Shown here one piece after another: positions 25,471 to 37,844 of a stretch of DNA of 64,000 bases; the stretch's first letter is position 1, and each line of letters begins with the position of its first letter. Made by a program: the position numbers and the translations under genes. Origin of the DNA: Octopus bimaculoides (taxonomy: Eukaryota); NCBI RefSeq assembly GCF_001194135.2, contig NC_068989.1:70160061-70224060 (forward strand). Direction: 5' to 3'. The notes under the pieces were generated by a model. The model was not told the origin of the DNA and made no database searches. It saw nothing but the letters and a program-made list of their open reading frames with translations.

Positions 25471-25657
25471 ACATAATGTGTTGGCACTAAATCTCTAATA
25501 TGTATATATTAATATTTCAATTAGACATAGCAAAACTAATAACCTGGTGTAGAACTCAATATATGTATGTTTTAAAACAATGGTAGATGAGTATAGAGTG
25601 GTAATAAGAACAAAGTGATGACACCAGAAAACACAAAGTTTATGTAATGAACTTCAT

Positions 25658-25741
25658 TAGCTTACAGCTGTTTCTGCTATAAGATGTGATGGGCGCTAAG
25701 TTGAATACACAGATAACATCCTATAGCTTCATCAGAACCTT
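25658..25741 (-). ncRNA. Type I hammerhead ribozyme motif, intact core
   Basis: GGTT-CTGATGA-AGCTATAGG...CTTATAGCA-GAAA-CAGCTG-TA-AGCT; CUGAUGA at 25735-25729, GAAA at 25674-25671, palindromic stem III. Confidence 0.75.
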
Positions 25742-25852
25742 GAATTTGAAGTGCACTTTATTTGGGAAAATTACATTTTCTGAACATACTAGCATTACAA
25801 GTGAGAACATCTGTGTTGATGCCTATGGAAAATTTTTTGCACTTCACATTCA

Positions 25853-25935
25853 AGGCTCCAGTGAAGCTGTAGGATGTTATCCAGGTATTCAACTAAGAGT
25901 CCACCACATTTTATTGTAGAAACAACTGTAAGCTA
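25853..25935 (+). ncRNA. Degenerate hammerhead, inverted partner of 25658-25741
   Basis: GGCT-CCAGTGA-AGCTGTAGG...TTATTGTA-GAAA-CAACTG-TA-AGCT; core mutated. Confidence 0.6.
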
Positions 25936-25992
25936 ATGAAGTTCATTCCATAACCTTTGTTTTTTCTGGTGTCGTCTCTTTGTTCTTATATA

Positions 25993-26040
<48 letters not shown>

Positions 26041-26356
26041 CACTCCATCGGTTACGACGATGAGGGTCCCAGCTAATATGATCAATGGAACAGCATGCTT
26101 GTAAAATTAACATGCAAGTAGCTGAGCACTCCACAGACACGTGTACCCTTAATGTAGTTCTCAGGAAGATTCAGCATGACACAAAGTGTGACAAGGCCAG
26201 CCTTTTGAAATACAGGTACTACTCATTTTTGCCAGCTGAGTGGACTGGAGCAACGTGAAATAAAGTGTCTTGCTCAAGGACACAACACATCGCTACAGGG
26301 ACTGAACCCGGAACCATGTAGTTGAGAAGCAAGCTTCTTACCACACAATCATGCCA
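26041..26356 (-). mobile_element. Chimeric SINE (family A head, family B centre, family C 3' half)
   Basis: Head gtggtaagaagcttgcttctcaactacatggttccgggttcagtccc; centre gtgtccttgagcaagacac...cagctggcaaaaatgag; tail nearly identical to 11150-11322. Confidence 0.8.
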
Positions 26357-26361
26357 ATATA

Positions 26362-27578
26362 CAGGGTGCATAAGATATTTTACTATAGCAGCATATTTAT
26401 CAACTTAATATTTTCTATATTTCAGAATTATCAATGGTAGACTCTATGATTACACAAGAAATGAAGAGGCACACAGTCATCATGGCTATAAAGGCGGAAC
26501 ATAGTAATTTAGAAATAGCACAATTTTTAAAAGTCATTAGATCCTTCGTCTACAAGATTCGTAAGGAGTTAGAGGACAGAAATGTATCATCAGTATCAAA
26601 ACGTAAGAAACATTGTAGACACACTGACACTATTAGAATTTATTCAACAAGTAAAGCAGACCACTGATGACAATCCCAGAAGATCCATGAAGTTAATTGC
26701 CAAAGAACACCATGTGTCAGAAGGAACAATCCAAAATGTTGTCCACAAAGACATCACATACAAATCTTATCTGATGAGAAAAGGTCATTTCATGTCAGAA
26801 ACAGTGAAGGAAAATCTTTTAATCAGATCTAAAAGACTCCTAAACAAACTTAAAAATCCAGTAGAGAAAGATATCATTTGCTTCTTCTTGGATGAGGAAA
26901 ACTTTCATCAAGATCAGAAAGTAAACAGAAAAAATGACAGATGGCTATATGCAGACCCTTCAGAAGTTCCAAGAGTAATACATACAAAATTTCCTGCAAC
27001 TGTCATGGTTTTGGTCGTTGTCAGCAATGAAGGACATGTGATGCCTCCTCACTTCTTTCCACAAGGTCTTCGAGTAAACTCTGCTGCCTACATAGACGTT
27101 CTGAATAGAGTGGTTAAGCCATGGATTGATAATGTACACAACGGAAAACCTTATGTGTTTCAACAAGACTCGGTACCATCACACAAGGCTACAGCTATAC
27201 AGGAATGGATGATGGAAAATTTTCATGACCACATAACCCCCAACATTTGGCCTCCTAGCTCCTCAAATCTCAATCCATTGGACTACTATGTATGGAGCAT
27301 AGTTGAGAAAGAGGTTAATGAGCACCCTCATAACACCAAAGAATCTATGGTCAGAGTAATGTCCAATATGAACACAGACCATTTGATCTGGCATGTAGGT
27401 GATTCAGACCTCGCATAGAAGCTGTTATTGAAGCTGAAGGAGACTTTATTGAGAAAAATATTGAAACAATATGTTTATTCTTATCCTCAAAACCTTTTTC
27501 AGTAAGAAGGCATTATTGTCTGTTTCTAAGAGTCATTTTTATGTAAGTATATAACTGGCCTCAAATACCTTATGCACC

Positions 27579-27581
<3 letters not shown>
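26362..27581 (+). mobile_element. Near-complete maT (DD37D) Tc1/mariner DNA transposon, frameshifted
   Basis: TA TSDs at 26360-61 and 27582-83; TIR CAGGGTGCATAAG(A/G)TATTT; transposase split over ORFs 26434..26667 and 26582..27418; FFLDE, FQQD, then 37 residues to NLNPLD; second frameshift plus stop near 27390. Confidence 0.95.
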
Positions 27582-27626
<45 letters not shown>

Positions 27627-27638
27627 NNNNNNNNNNNN

Positions 27639-27684
<46 letters not shown>

Positions 27685-28257
27685 ATGTAAATATGCATGA
27701 GTATGTGTGTGATGTGTGTGTGTTTGTATGTCTGTATGGAGTTGCGTAAACAAGGGGATAGATTGATAAATTGTTATATTTAATAAATTACAACAAAACA
27801 AATTCAAAAATTTGACATACATGAGATTTCAATAATTAATTATTACTGTTTAATAAACTTGCTTTATTTATTTCAATTTGTCATAAACAACAACAACAAA
27901 AACACATTTCAAAATGAAATAACTTAATAATAATTCCATTTTATAATAGGAATATTTCTTAGAATAATATAATCAGAAAATTTCTTCTTCAAACAAATAA
28001 AAGAATTCTTAACTATTAGTGGTATCCAAACACACATACAGATAATTAACCATTAGAGATTTAGTGCCAAAACATTATGTGTGCTTTCCTTTTACTCTTT
28101 TGTTAGTTTCAGTCATTGAACTATGGTCGGTCTAAGGCATTGACATGACAAGTGGAGTCAACTGGAATCATTGGCAGGCATTTTCTGGCAAGAAAATCAT
28201 TTAAACTTCAAAAACGTAAAATAGTTAATTTGTTTTAATACAGGTAATACTTTATCT

Positions 28258-28655
28258 TTTATCTTTTACTTGTTTCAGTTATTAGACTGTAGCCAAGCTA
28301 GGGCACTGCCTTGATGGGTTTTAGTCAAACAAATCAACTCCAAGGACTTTTTTGCCTTTTTAAGCCTTGTACTTATTCTATTAGTCTCTTTTGCTGAACT
28401 GCCAAGTAATGGGGACATAAGCAGACCAACACCAGCTGTTAAGCAGTGGAAGGGGACCAACACAGACACAAGTGCACACACATACATATGTACAATGGGC
28501 CTTTTCAGTTTCCATCTACCAAATCCACTTACAAGGTTTTGGTCGGCCTGAGGTTATAGTAGAAGACACTAGCCCAAGGTACCTCACTGTGGGACTGAAC
28601 CCAGAACAATATTGTTGAGAAGCAAGCTTCTTACCACACAGTCATGCCTGCGCTT
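28258..28655 (-). mobile_element. SINE family A, full length
   Basis: 3' module through head (aagcaagcttcttaccacacagtcatgcctgcgc). Confidence 0.85.
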
Positions 28656-29516
28656 ACACAATCACGCCCACTTACAGGTAATGTATGTATTTTTGATTTA
28701 TTTGTATGGTAAAGTATGAAGACAAGTTTGATGCAATGTTAACAATATGGATGGTATTCAAGCAAATGATATGCATACATAACACCATAATACTAAACAC
28801 ACTTCTACGTGAAGCCATGTATTTCATTTCCCTCTCCCCAGGCTCCAAAGAATCTAAAAGACACTGCAAATAATAGGCTTCAACGATCTCAACCCAAGAC
28901 AAAAGCTTGAACAATAAGTTGAGGAGAATATTTCAATTGGAAATCAAAATATAACTTGCTACTGCTTTTGAATAACTGACATCTTATTCTATATCATGAG
29001 AACAATATTCATAGATACACACGCATGCATACACACAAATATTTGCATATATATATATATATTTAGAAATATATATGTATATGGGGGTTGTATCTATATA
29101 TAGAGAGAGAGGGATAAACAAATTAAATATAACAGCTTGGGTTTGATATGCATATATGTATACATGCAAACAGAGAGAAAGCAAAGACCAAAGACTTTCA
29201 GATGAGGAATATTTAAGTATAAATATATAGATATTTATAGTAATAGATCAAATTTACACAGTGTACAATTGACAGAGAAAATTAAAGGGAAAGAAGTAAG
29301 GAGTCATAAGTTGAACAGGTGTTATAACCCAAGCTGTTACATTTAATTTGTTTATCCACATAATTGTCTCCCTATTTGCTCACTATGATTCCTCTTATAG
29401 TTAATCTTTACCCCCACTTAATTGGTCCCTTGTAAAGACATCAGAGCCTAAGTTCAAATCATTTGAGTGTTTCTCAGTATTTTCTTTACTGAGAATCTCT
29501 GGATCTCATCCTTGAT

Positions 29517-29650
<134 letters not shown>

Positions 29651-30902
29651 GTCAAAAGTAAATAAACACCCTTTAATGCCATCTAAAGAATCTCAGATCA
29701 TTTTTAGCTGTGTGACAAGGAGCCCCATCTTCCACTAATAGTCTTCTTTAATCATTTCACCAATAGAGAAGGTTGTAAGGAGTCCTTTCTGCAATATGAA
29801 CACATATTTATCTGAATTTATGTTTCCCTCACACTACATCAACTCAGAAAACTCATTTAAGAGCATGCTTTACTAATACATGAGCTCCTTCAAACACTGT
29901 CACAAAGCACCAGTGACATCATACATCATCAAGCATGGCATTACTTGTCACTTCTTTTACCAAATATTATGTATTAAGTGAAGCAAAGGACAAGAGTCAC
30001 ATACACACAAACACACACACATATATATACATATTATATATATAGCTATTTATATATATCTCTATCTATCTATCCATCTCTCTCTCTCTCTCTCTCTCTC
30101 TNNNNNNNNNNNNNNNNNNNNNNNNNNNNNNNNNNNNNNNNNNNNNNNNNNNNNNNNNNNNNNNNNNNNNNNNNNNNNNNNNNNNNNNNNNNNNNNNNNN
30201 NNNNNNNNNNNNNNNNNNNNNNNNNNNNNNNNNNNNNNNNNNNNNNNNNNNNNNNNNNNNNNNNNNNNNNNNNNNNNNNNNNNNNNNNNNNNNNNNNNNN
30301 NNNNNNNNNNNNNNNNNNNNNNNNNNNNNNNNNNNNNNNNNNNNNNNNNNNNNNNNNNNNNNNNNNNNNNNNNNNNNNNNNNNNNNNNNNNNNNNNNNNN
30401 NNNNNNNNNNNNNNNNNNNNNNNNNNNNNNNNNNNNNNNNNNNNNNNNNNNNNNNNNNNNNNNNNNNNNNNNNNNNNNNNNNNNNNNNNNNNNNNNNNNN
30501 NNNNNNNNNNNNNNNNNNNNNNNNNNNNNNNNNNNNNNNNNNNNNNNNNNNNNNNNNNNNNNNNNNNNNNNNNNNNNNNNNNNNNNNNNNNNNNNNNNNN
30601 NNNNNNNNNNNNNNNNNNNNNNNNNNNNNNNNNNNNNNNNNNNNNNNNNNNNNNNNNNNNNNNNNNNNNNNNNNNNNNNNNNNNNNNNNNNNNNNNNNNN
30701 NNNNNNNNNNNNNNNNNNNNNNNNNNNNNNNNNNNNNNNNNNNNNNNNNNNNNNNNNNNNNNNNNNNNNNNNNNNGTAATTGGTAACCAAGGTATTTTTT
30801 AGTAAAGGGGAGGTAAATCTGTAATTTTAAATATTGATTTGTATTTGATTCTGGCTTATATCAATATTATATTCATTAGATGGGGTAAATCTTTACTTTT
30901 CA

Positions 30903-33340
30903 ATATGGATTTATATTTAATTCTGGTTTATATTTTTCTATAAATGAGGCCTCTTTATTTAGTCACACTTGTGTTGAGGTCCAAACAGCAAATTGATATA
31001 ACGGGGTGATTAGGAACTGTGGTTGCAGTTGTTCTGCACATCTGTCAATGTGTTCACTGGGATATATCTGGCAATATTATGAGAAAGATATCTGTTGTCT
31101 GTGGACTCTATATCTTCATCTGATGGACATTCCTGTATACCCTATATAGTTTTTATGGCAGCCCAAGCATCTGATTACATAAATGAGGTTTTCAGAGGCA
31201 TAAGGGCAACTGGATTTAACTTTGAATATTTGCCCTTGTCTAAAATGGAATTCTGATCATTCCAAAACATTGGGACATGTTCCGCAGTTAGGATAACCAC
31301 ATTTTTTTTACTTTTGCATCTGTTATTCTTGAGAATGATTTAGCATTTGTGAGGATCTTTAATGTTTTTGGTTGTTTACTGCTTTAAATAATTTTATGGT
31401 TACATAGAATTTCCTTCAGTTTGAGGTCCTTATGGAATATTGAGAGATTTTGGACAATGATGTTAAATGCTTCTTTGTTTCTGGGGTTGTATGTGGATAC
31501 ATAAGGTAGTGTTTTCAGAGTAGGTGTGTTATTGTGTTTGACTTTTCTTGATGTTTTTATGTCAATCGATTTTGCATGTTTAATCCCATCATTTATGAGT
31601 TGAATTGGGTAGTGTCTGTCCATGAGTACGTTTTTAAGCTCTTGCAATCTTAGTTCTCTGGTATTTTTTTCTGACACTATGGAGCAAATTCTTCTTGCAA
31701 GGTTGAAGGGGATATTTATTTTGATATGTCTCAAGTGGCATGAGCTAAATAATAGGTATTGTTTAGTGTCTGTGGCTTTGTAAAAAATGTCCATTTCTAT
31801 TTTTTGTTTATTTTTTTAACCAGTATGTCTAGGAATGCGAGTTCTTCTTGATTGTATTCCATTGTAAATTCTATGTTGGTGTTAAAGTTATTAAGGAGTC
31901 TTTTGGACTCCAGGAGTTTATCTATGTTTTCGTTCCAGAAGATGAAGCAGTCGTCCAAAAATCTTTTCCAATTTTTCTTTATGTATTGGGAGAGAGGGTC
32001 ACCATATTTTGAAAATGACTCCTGATATATTGTTATTTCAGGATAGCCTGTTGTTAGGTTGATAATGGTTGGTGCTGCCCTGGTCCCCATGGCAATTCTG
32101 AATTTTTGGCAATGAACATGAAACGGTTGTTTTGAAGAATGAATTTTATTGACTTGATTATGAAATCTTTGTTGATCCATTCTGGTATTTCTTCTGGATA
32201 TTTGTCCAGCCAGAATCAGATTGCTTCTATTCCATAATTGTGGGCTATATTAGTGTATAGGTTTATCACATCAAATGAAACCATGAGTGTTTTTTCTTTG
32301 ACCTTTTCTGGTAGGGGATTTAACATATCTAAGTCATCTCTACTATAACTTTTGATGTATTTTAGAAATGGTTTCAGGAGGATGTACGTGAGGCAACTTA
32401 GTCAATGTGTTTCACAGGATGGTCCAGTTATAATGGGCCATAATTTTAAGTTACCTGGTGCTGGTGTATGTATGTATGCCTTTGGTGATTTTTTGATGAC
32501 TTCATTTATAGTTTGACTTTTGTGAATTTTTGAAAAGCTATAGAATAGGCTGGGTTTACATTTAAAGTTTGTTAAATAGTCTATTTCTTTTTTTGTTAAG
32601 TCTTTTCTGTGGATTTGGATTAGTGAAAAGAGGTTTTCCATTATTTTGGGGGGAGTGTAATCTTTGATTTTTCATAGTGTTCGTCATTGTTTAGCATGGA
32701 TGCTACTAGATTTTTGTAGTATAATGTATCCATTACCACTGCTGTACTCCCTTCATCCACTTCTTTGACTGTTATTTCTTCATTGTTTTGTAATTCAGTT
32801 CCTTCCATAGGGTGGCGCTGAAGTTTGAAATGATTTTTTTGTTTTTGCAAGGTGTGGTAGGGTAAGTTTTCAATGGAATTGCAGAATTTGTGGAGATTTT
32901 TATTTCTTTCTTTGTGGAGGATGTGTTCACTTCTGTTTTTGACTAGTGTGATATCTTCATTATTATAATTGGCCAGTACATCTGTAAACCTTAATTTTCT
33001 GTAGAATTCTGAAACACTGTTCTCGACCTCATTTTGGTTAGCTCTACGAGGAGTTGGGGGTGAATTTTAGTCCTTTTGATAGAATATCGATCTTAGTGGT
33101 TAATAGAGATTCATATGACAGGTTAATTACCTTCAGTCTCTCCTGTGTATCAAGTTCCAACCTGTGTCCCATTTTCTCTGGTCTGAGGCTAAAAACTGTT
33201 CGTTGTGGTTGTGGTTGTGGTTGTGTTGGTATGAGTTGTCTGTGTAAATGTAGGGGTTTGGGTTGGGTGTATGGTGATGTTGTTGTCATGGATTGTTTTA
33301 TGTGTATGGGTGTCTGAGGGTTCTTTGGTTAGCATTATAT
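30903..33340 (-). mobile_element. Penelope-like element (Neptune-type), RT + GIY-YIG, degenerate
   Basis: N-terminal VINLS...ILSKGLKFTP; RT IAMGTRAAP..NL, WKRFLDDCF; thumb FYKATDTKQYL..SCH; linker KCGYPNCGTC; GIY-YIG ENLIYVIRCLGCHKNYIGYTG (31141-31195); end EASFIEKYKPELN; stops and frameshifts; both ends near N-gaps. Confidence 0.93.
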
Positions 33341-33623
33341 NNNNNNNNNNNNNNNNNNNNNNNNNNNNNNNNNNNNNNNNNNNNNNNNNNNNNNNNNNNN
33401 NNNNNNNNNNNNNNNNNNNNNNNNNNNNNNNNNNNNNNNNNNNNNNNNNNNNNNNNNNNNNNNNNNNNNNNNNNNNNNNNNNNNNNNNNNNNNNNNNNNN
33501 NNNNNNNNNNNNNNNNNNNNNNNNNNNNNNNNNNNNNNNNNNNNNNNNNNNNNNNNNNNNNNNNNNNNNNNNNNNNNNNNNNNNNNNNNNNNNNNNNTAT
33601 ATATATATATATATATACATACA

Positions 33624-33661
<38 letters not shown>

Positions 33662-34619
33662 CAGGCATGGCAAATGTTCAGTTATTTATTATTTATGCTT
33701 GTATTTGTAGTTGAGTTGTTTGTTTTTTGTTGACCTTCTTGTGGAGGTGGCTGTTATGATGGTGTATCATTCTGAGAAAAACAACCACTGACATTAAAGA
33801 TATATCCATAGATGCCAAAGACTGTTGACTAGATTCCATTTAAATACATTATACTGAACATTATCAAATGCATTTTATATGAACTGTAGGTTTGCCTTTA
33901 CAGTTGTAATTCTAGAGTAGGGTTTTCATAATCCGATTTATTAATGTTAAGCTGATAAGAGAAAAACCACTCTTTGAATTTAGCATTTTCTCCCTTTTGG
34001 GCTGTTTGCTTTTTGTCGCTCTACTAATATCATCATGCTGTTCAGAATTACTTCAGAACAGAACATTGGAAGAGCCAGGGCTATTTATAAGAATCTAGTT
34101 CTTCATACTCAATGTAAATAAGGATTTGCATTAATCCTCTCTTTCGCCCACCAGAACTCGCTATTAAAAAAAACAATGTTAGCTGCAAACCAGCTGCAGT
34201 ATCTGTATATCGATTGTGTGACCTATTAGCACTAGCAACTACATTTCTCTCACATTATATCCTTTTAAAACAAGGAAGTGTACACTGAATAGTGTTTACT
34301 TGGAAGTATTACATTTTGTAAAAATTAGATGAAGTGGACACATCTGTAGCACTTTTGATAGTAGATCTGCTTGATTACAACTAAATTAAACAACTTCAGT
34401 TAATAAATGTTTCAATAATCCACCATATGAGAAGCTCTACTATGTTGTTTGCATTAAGCACTCCATGTATTATATCTTACTGAATGTCTGAATTGCTTGA
34501 TATATATATCTTCCTTAGTTTATAACATGGTGGAAATATTTTCGATGTTAGCTGTTTGAATTATAAATAAAATAAAACAGAAAAAATCTCAGTAGGATAG
34601 GGAAAATATATTTGTGTGT

Positions 34620-35110
34620 TATGTTACTATGCTCCTTCTATCAGTCTTCTCCACCCACTATCCCTGGGAAGGTCATGGGGATAAAGTCTCCATGTACCTC
34701 TTCCACAGGGTCCAATCAAAAGTAACTGTCATTGTATTTTCCAGCTGGATTCCCAAGCATGACCATCTGAGACTATGGGTATTATCCAACCATCTTGTTC
34801 TTAGTCTACCTCCTTAATGAAATGCTGTTGTGTACATTTATATATAAATAATAGTATTCTGTAGGTATCTGTCAGTCTCAAGAAACCATGGATCTGCACC
34901 AGAAGAAAATGTATCAGCTGCTGATGGTGGTGCAGCATCTTCTGCACCACACAGGCTAGGCAGACACGTCTACAATGACTGCACTTGAAGGAGTTCTCTA
35001 CCAGTGCTACTGGTTTTTTCTTCTGTTGAGTGCACTTTTCTTTGGTACCCACTCAAATAATGGAGTTGATACTATCACCTAGTCTCTTCCCCAATATTCG
35101 CTGCCTTGTA
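34620..35110 (-). mobile_element. Two RTE LINE 3'-end fragments
   Basis: 34620-34815 reads RGRLRTRWLD; 34860-35100 reads SFKCSHCRRVCLA followed by an atccatggtttcttgagactgacagat RTE-type tail. Confidence 0.6.
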
Positions 35111-35182
35111 CCTAAGATAGAAATGAAAATTCTTCATTGATTGAAGGTTCATTAATCAGTGATGATTAAAATAAAACTGTAT

Positions 35183-35251
35183 ACATTTATATCTAGCACA
35201 TTCCAATACACTCAAACATTTATATCTAGCACATTCCAATACACTCAAACA
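35183..35251. repeat. Perfect 33-bp tandem duplication
   Basis: acatttatatctagcacattccaatacactcaa x2. Confidence 0.95.
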
Positions 35252-35351
35252 TGAAAAGACTTATCTTTGGAAATTCTCAGGTGGGAAACTTCATCCTCTT
35301 ATAAACTGTGTATGTAAAAACATGCAACTAGGCTGTGATGGAAGTCATAGG

Positions 35352-35398
35352 ATCATAGGACACATGTTTCTGCATAATTACGCTTCATCAGCTGTGAG
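35352..35398 (-). ncRNA. Minimal type I hammerhead ribozyme motif, intact core, GUC site
   Basis: TCACAG-CTGATGA-AGCGTAATTATGCA-GAAA-CATGTG-TC-CTATGA; stem I 5/6 paired; stem II GCGT/ATGC; stem III self-complementary with G.U. Confidence 0.78.
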
Positions 35399-35413
35399 CA
35401 ATGAATTCAGTAT

Positions 35414-35458
35414 ACATAGTTGATGAAGTTTATCAACACAGAAACACATGTCTTGTGG
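35414..35458 (+). ncRNA. Degenerate hammerhead, inverted partner of 35352-35398
   Basis: ACATAG-TTGATGA-AGTTTATCAACACA-GAAA-CACATG-TC-TTGTGG; C3U change, weak stem II. Confidence 0.6.
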
Positions 35459-35754
35459 TCTGATAATGTCGATTAAAGCTCAGTTCAATGTGTTTTCACT
35501 CATATATTATCTATAAGGAGAGTATCTCTCCTGAAATAGTTTCCCCAGAGGTCTTTCCAAGTTTTAATATACACAAACATATTAAATGTAACTGTACACA
35601 ACTATATTCTGCTCAAATTTTTCAATTTCTCTTTTCCCCTGTAATCTATTTAAACCATTGTTCATTGAATCAAAATTCAGCTTGTTTTGTTGGTCAACCC
35701 TAATCCCCAAATCCCATAATTTATTCATTTTCTGTTAAATCTATATAGATTTAT

Positions 35755-35945
35755 TTCTTTATTGCCCACAGGGGGATAAACACAGAGGGGACAAACAAGG
35801 ACAGACAAAGGGATTAAGTTGATTATATCGACCTCAGTGCGTGACTGGTACTTATTTAATCAACCCGGAAAGGATGAAAGACAAAGTCAACCTTGGTGGA
35901 ATTTGAACTCAGAATGTAACGGCAGACGAAATGCCACTAAGCGTG
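35755..35945 (-). mobile_element. SINE family D variant
   Basis: ggatgaaagacaaagtcaaccttggtggaatttgaactcagaatgtaacggcagacgaaat. Confidence 0.8.
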
Positions 35946-36914
35946 TGTCCCTGGTGCTTGTATTAAAAACTATAGTACAAATCCTTTTTGCTAGGTTGAA
36001 AGGAATATTCATTCTAGTGTGTCTGGGGTGGCATGAGTTGAATGGTAGATATTGCTTGGAGTCCATGGGCTTATAATATATATCTGTTTCTATTTCGTTG
36101 TTAGATTTCTTAAAGAGGATGTTGAGGAAAGGAATTTGTTGATGGCTATATATATATGTGTGTGTGTATATATATATGTATATATGTGTGTGTGTGTGTG
36201 TGTAAGTGGATGAATGAATTATCCTTTGTTTACAGTTAACATGGAAAACTCAATAAACAGTTACCAGGGTAGCAAAATTCACTACCTATTCAAAGGTAGG
36301 AACTCCAGGTTAATGTGCAGTAATTTGTATAGTATAAGTAAATAAATGGAGTTAAAACCAGATGTTATTCAAATTCTTTTACTTTCGACATATTTTTTAA
36401 AGACAGCATTGGTTTTATTCCAAAGGAATAAACGGTGTAAAATAATGTAATCTTCTCATCAGGAAAGAAAGAGAACCAATCTCAACAACAAGGCATTATA
36501 ATAATTTTGATGACCGCATAATTGATAAACAGAATGCTATTAAGTATTTTTTAAATAACCGTTAGTAGATCTGATGTCAAAGCTAGACCTTAGGAAGAGA
36601 AGGGGTAAAGAAGTAATAAGTAGAGAACAAATAAAGGAGAAATATAGAGGGATATGTTGGTTGAAAAAATATTCAAAGGCTTGGAAGTAGATTTCTCTAT
36701 CGAAGTAGAGTGCAAGGTGAACTAAATGTTCAAACTATACAGACTGGTATAAATCACTTATATGAGCTAAAGGTGTGTTTTTGCCAATGCTTACATGTGT
36801 AAGATCGCTCTATAAGCGTGTTAACAAAGTGATTCTTAGAGAAGAGAATATGGAAGAGTTCAGAATTACAAATGTTACAGAATCCTTTGCCCTTGTCATA
36901 AGGGAAAGAGATGG

Positions 36915-37035
36915 ACCCCCAAAAGGATGAAAGGTAAAATCGACCTTGACAGAATTTGAACTCAGAATGTAAAGCCAGATGAAATGCTGCTTAGCATTTT
37001 GCCCAGCATGCTAACGATTCTGCCAGCTCACCTTA
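36915..37035 (-). mobile_element. SINE family D, 5' half
   Basis: aaaggatgaaaggtaaaatcgaccttgacagaatttgaactc...tgccagctcacctt. Confidence 0.8.
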
Positions 37036-37844
37036 TTGCACATAAATTTTAGCAACAAAATCTTATGTACCCCACACCAGGGTCATATGGACCCCAGTTG
37101 AGAACCACTGATCTAAATAGAAAGTTGTTCCCATGAATGCAAATATGTGTGTATGTATGTGTGTATGCCTGTGTCGTATGTGCATGCACCAGCACTTGTG
37201 TGTGATGTGCATGTAAGTAAAATCTAATTGATGTGACATCTGTCACAATAGCTATCACTTACAATGCTCTGTTGGATATTTGAAATCTTTCTATTTACAT
37301 GATGTTCATTTCACAACTGTAAAATCTTTATTCAGGCAATACAGTATTTCTCTTGATATTTTTGATGTGAATGAAATTCTTATTGTCTGGAGAATTGGGC
37401 CAGAAAATTCATTAGTTTCTAAAACGAGGAATAACGTAAATAAATAAAGGATCGATTGATTTCCTTTGCTTATTTTTAGTTTTTGTTATTTTTCTCATTA
37501 TTTCTTCCCAATTACAGTTGACCTTATCATAGGCAGTTTTGTTTTTAGTTACAAAGCTGAAATTTGCACAAAACAATTATCCTTTCTTTAAGCATAGAGA
37601 ATTACAAGTGTTTCCAAATTTCAAATACAGCTAGAAAATATTTGTTTAAATGATTATGTTATTTGACAGAGGTGAAACAGATTATATTGACAAGAGCAAC
37701 AAATATCAGACTTGCCTGTAAGCCTCATCACATAAACCTCAACTTATTTTTATAATGTAATCTTAATGTTTATTCATTGTCAAATTTCTTTTTTCTTCTA
37801 TATTTATTTGTGCTTCGTTTCCAAATGAATTTATTTTCCTTCTT

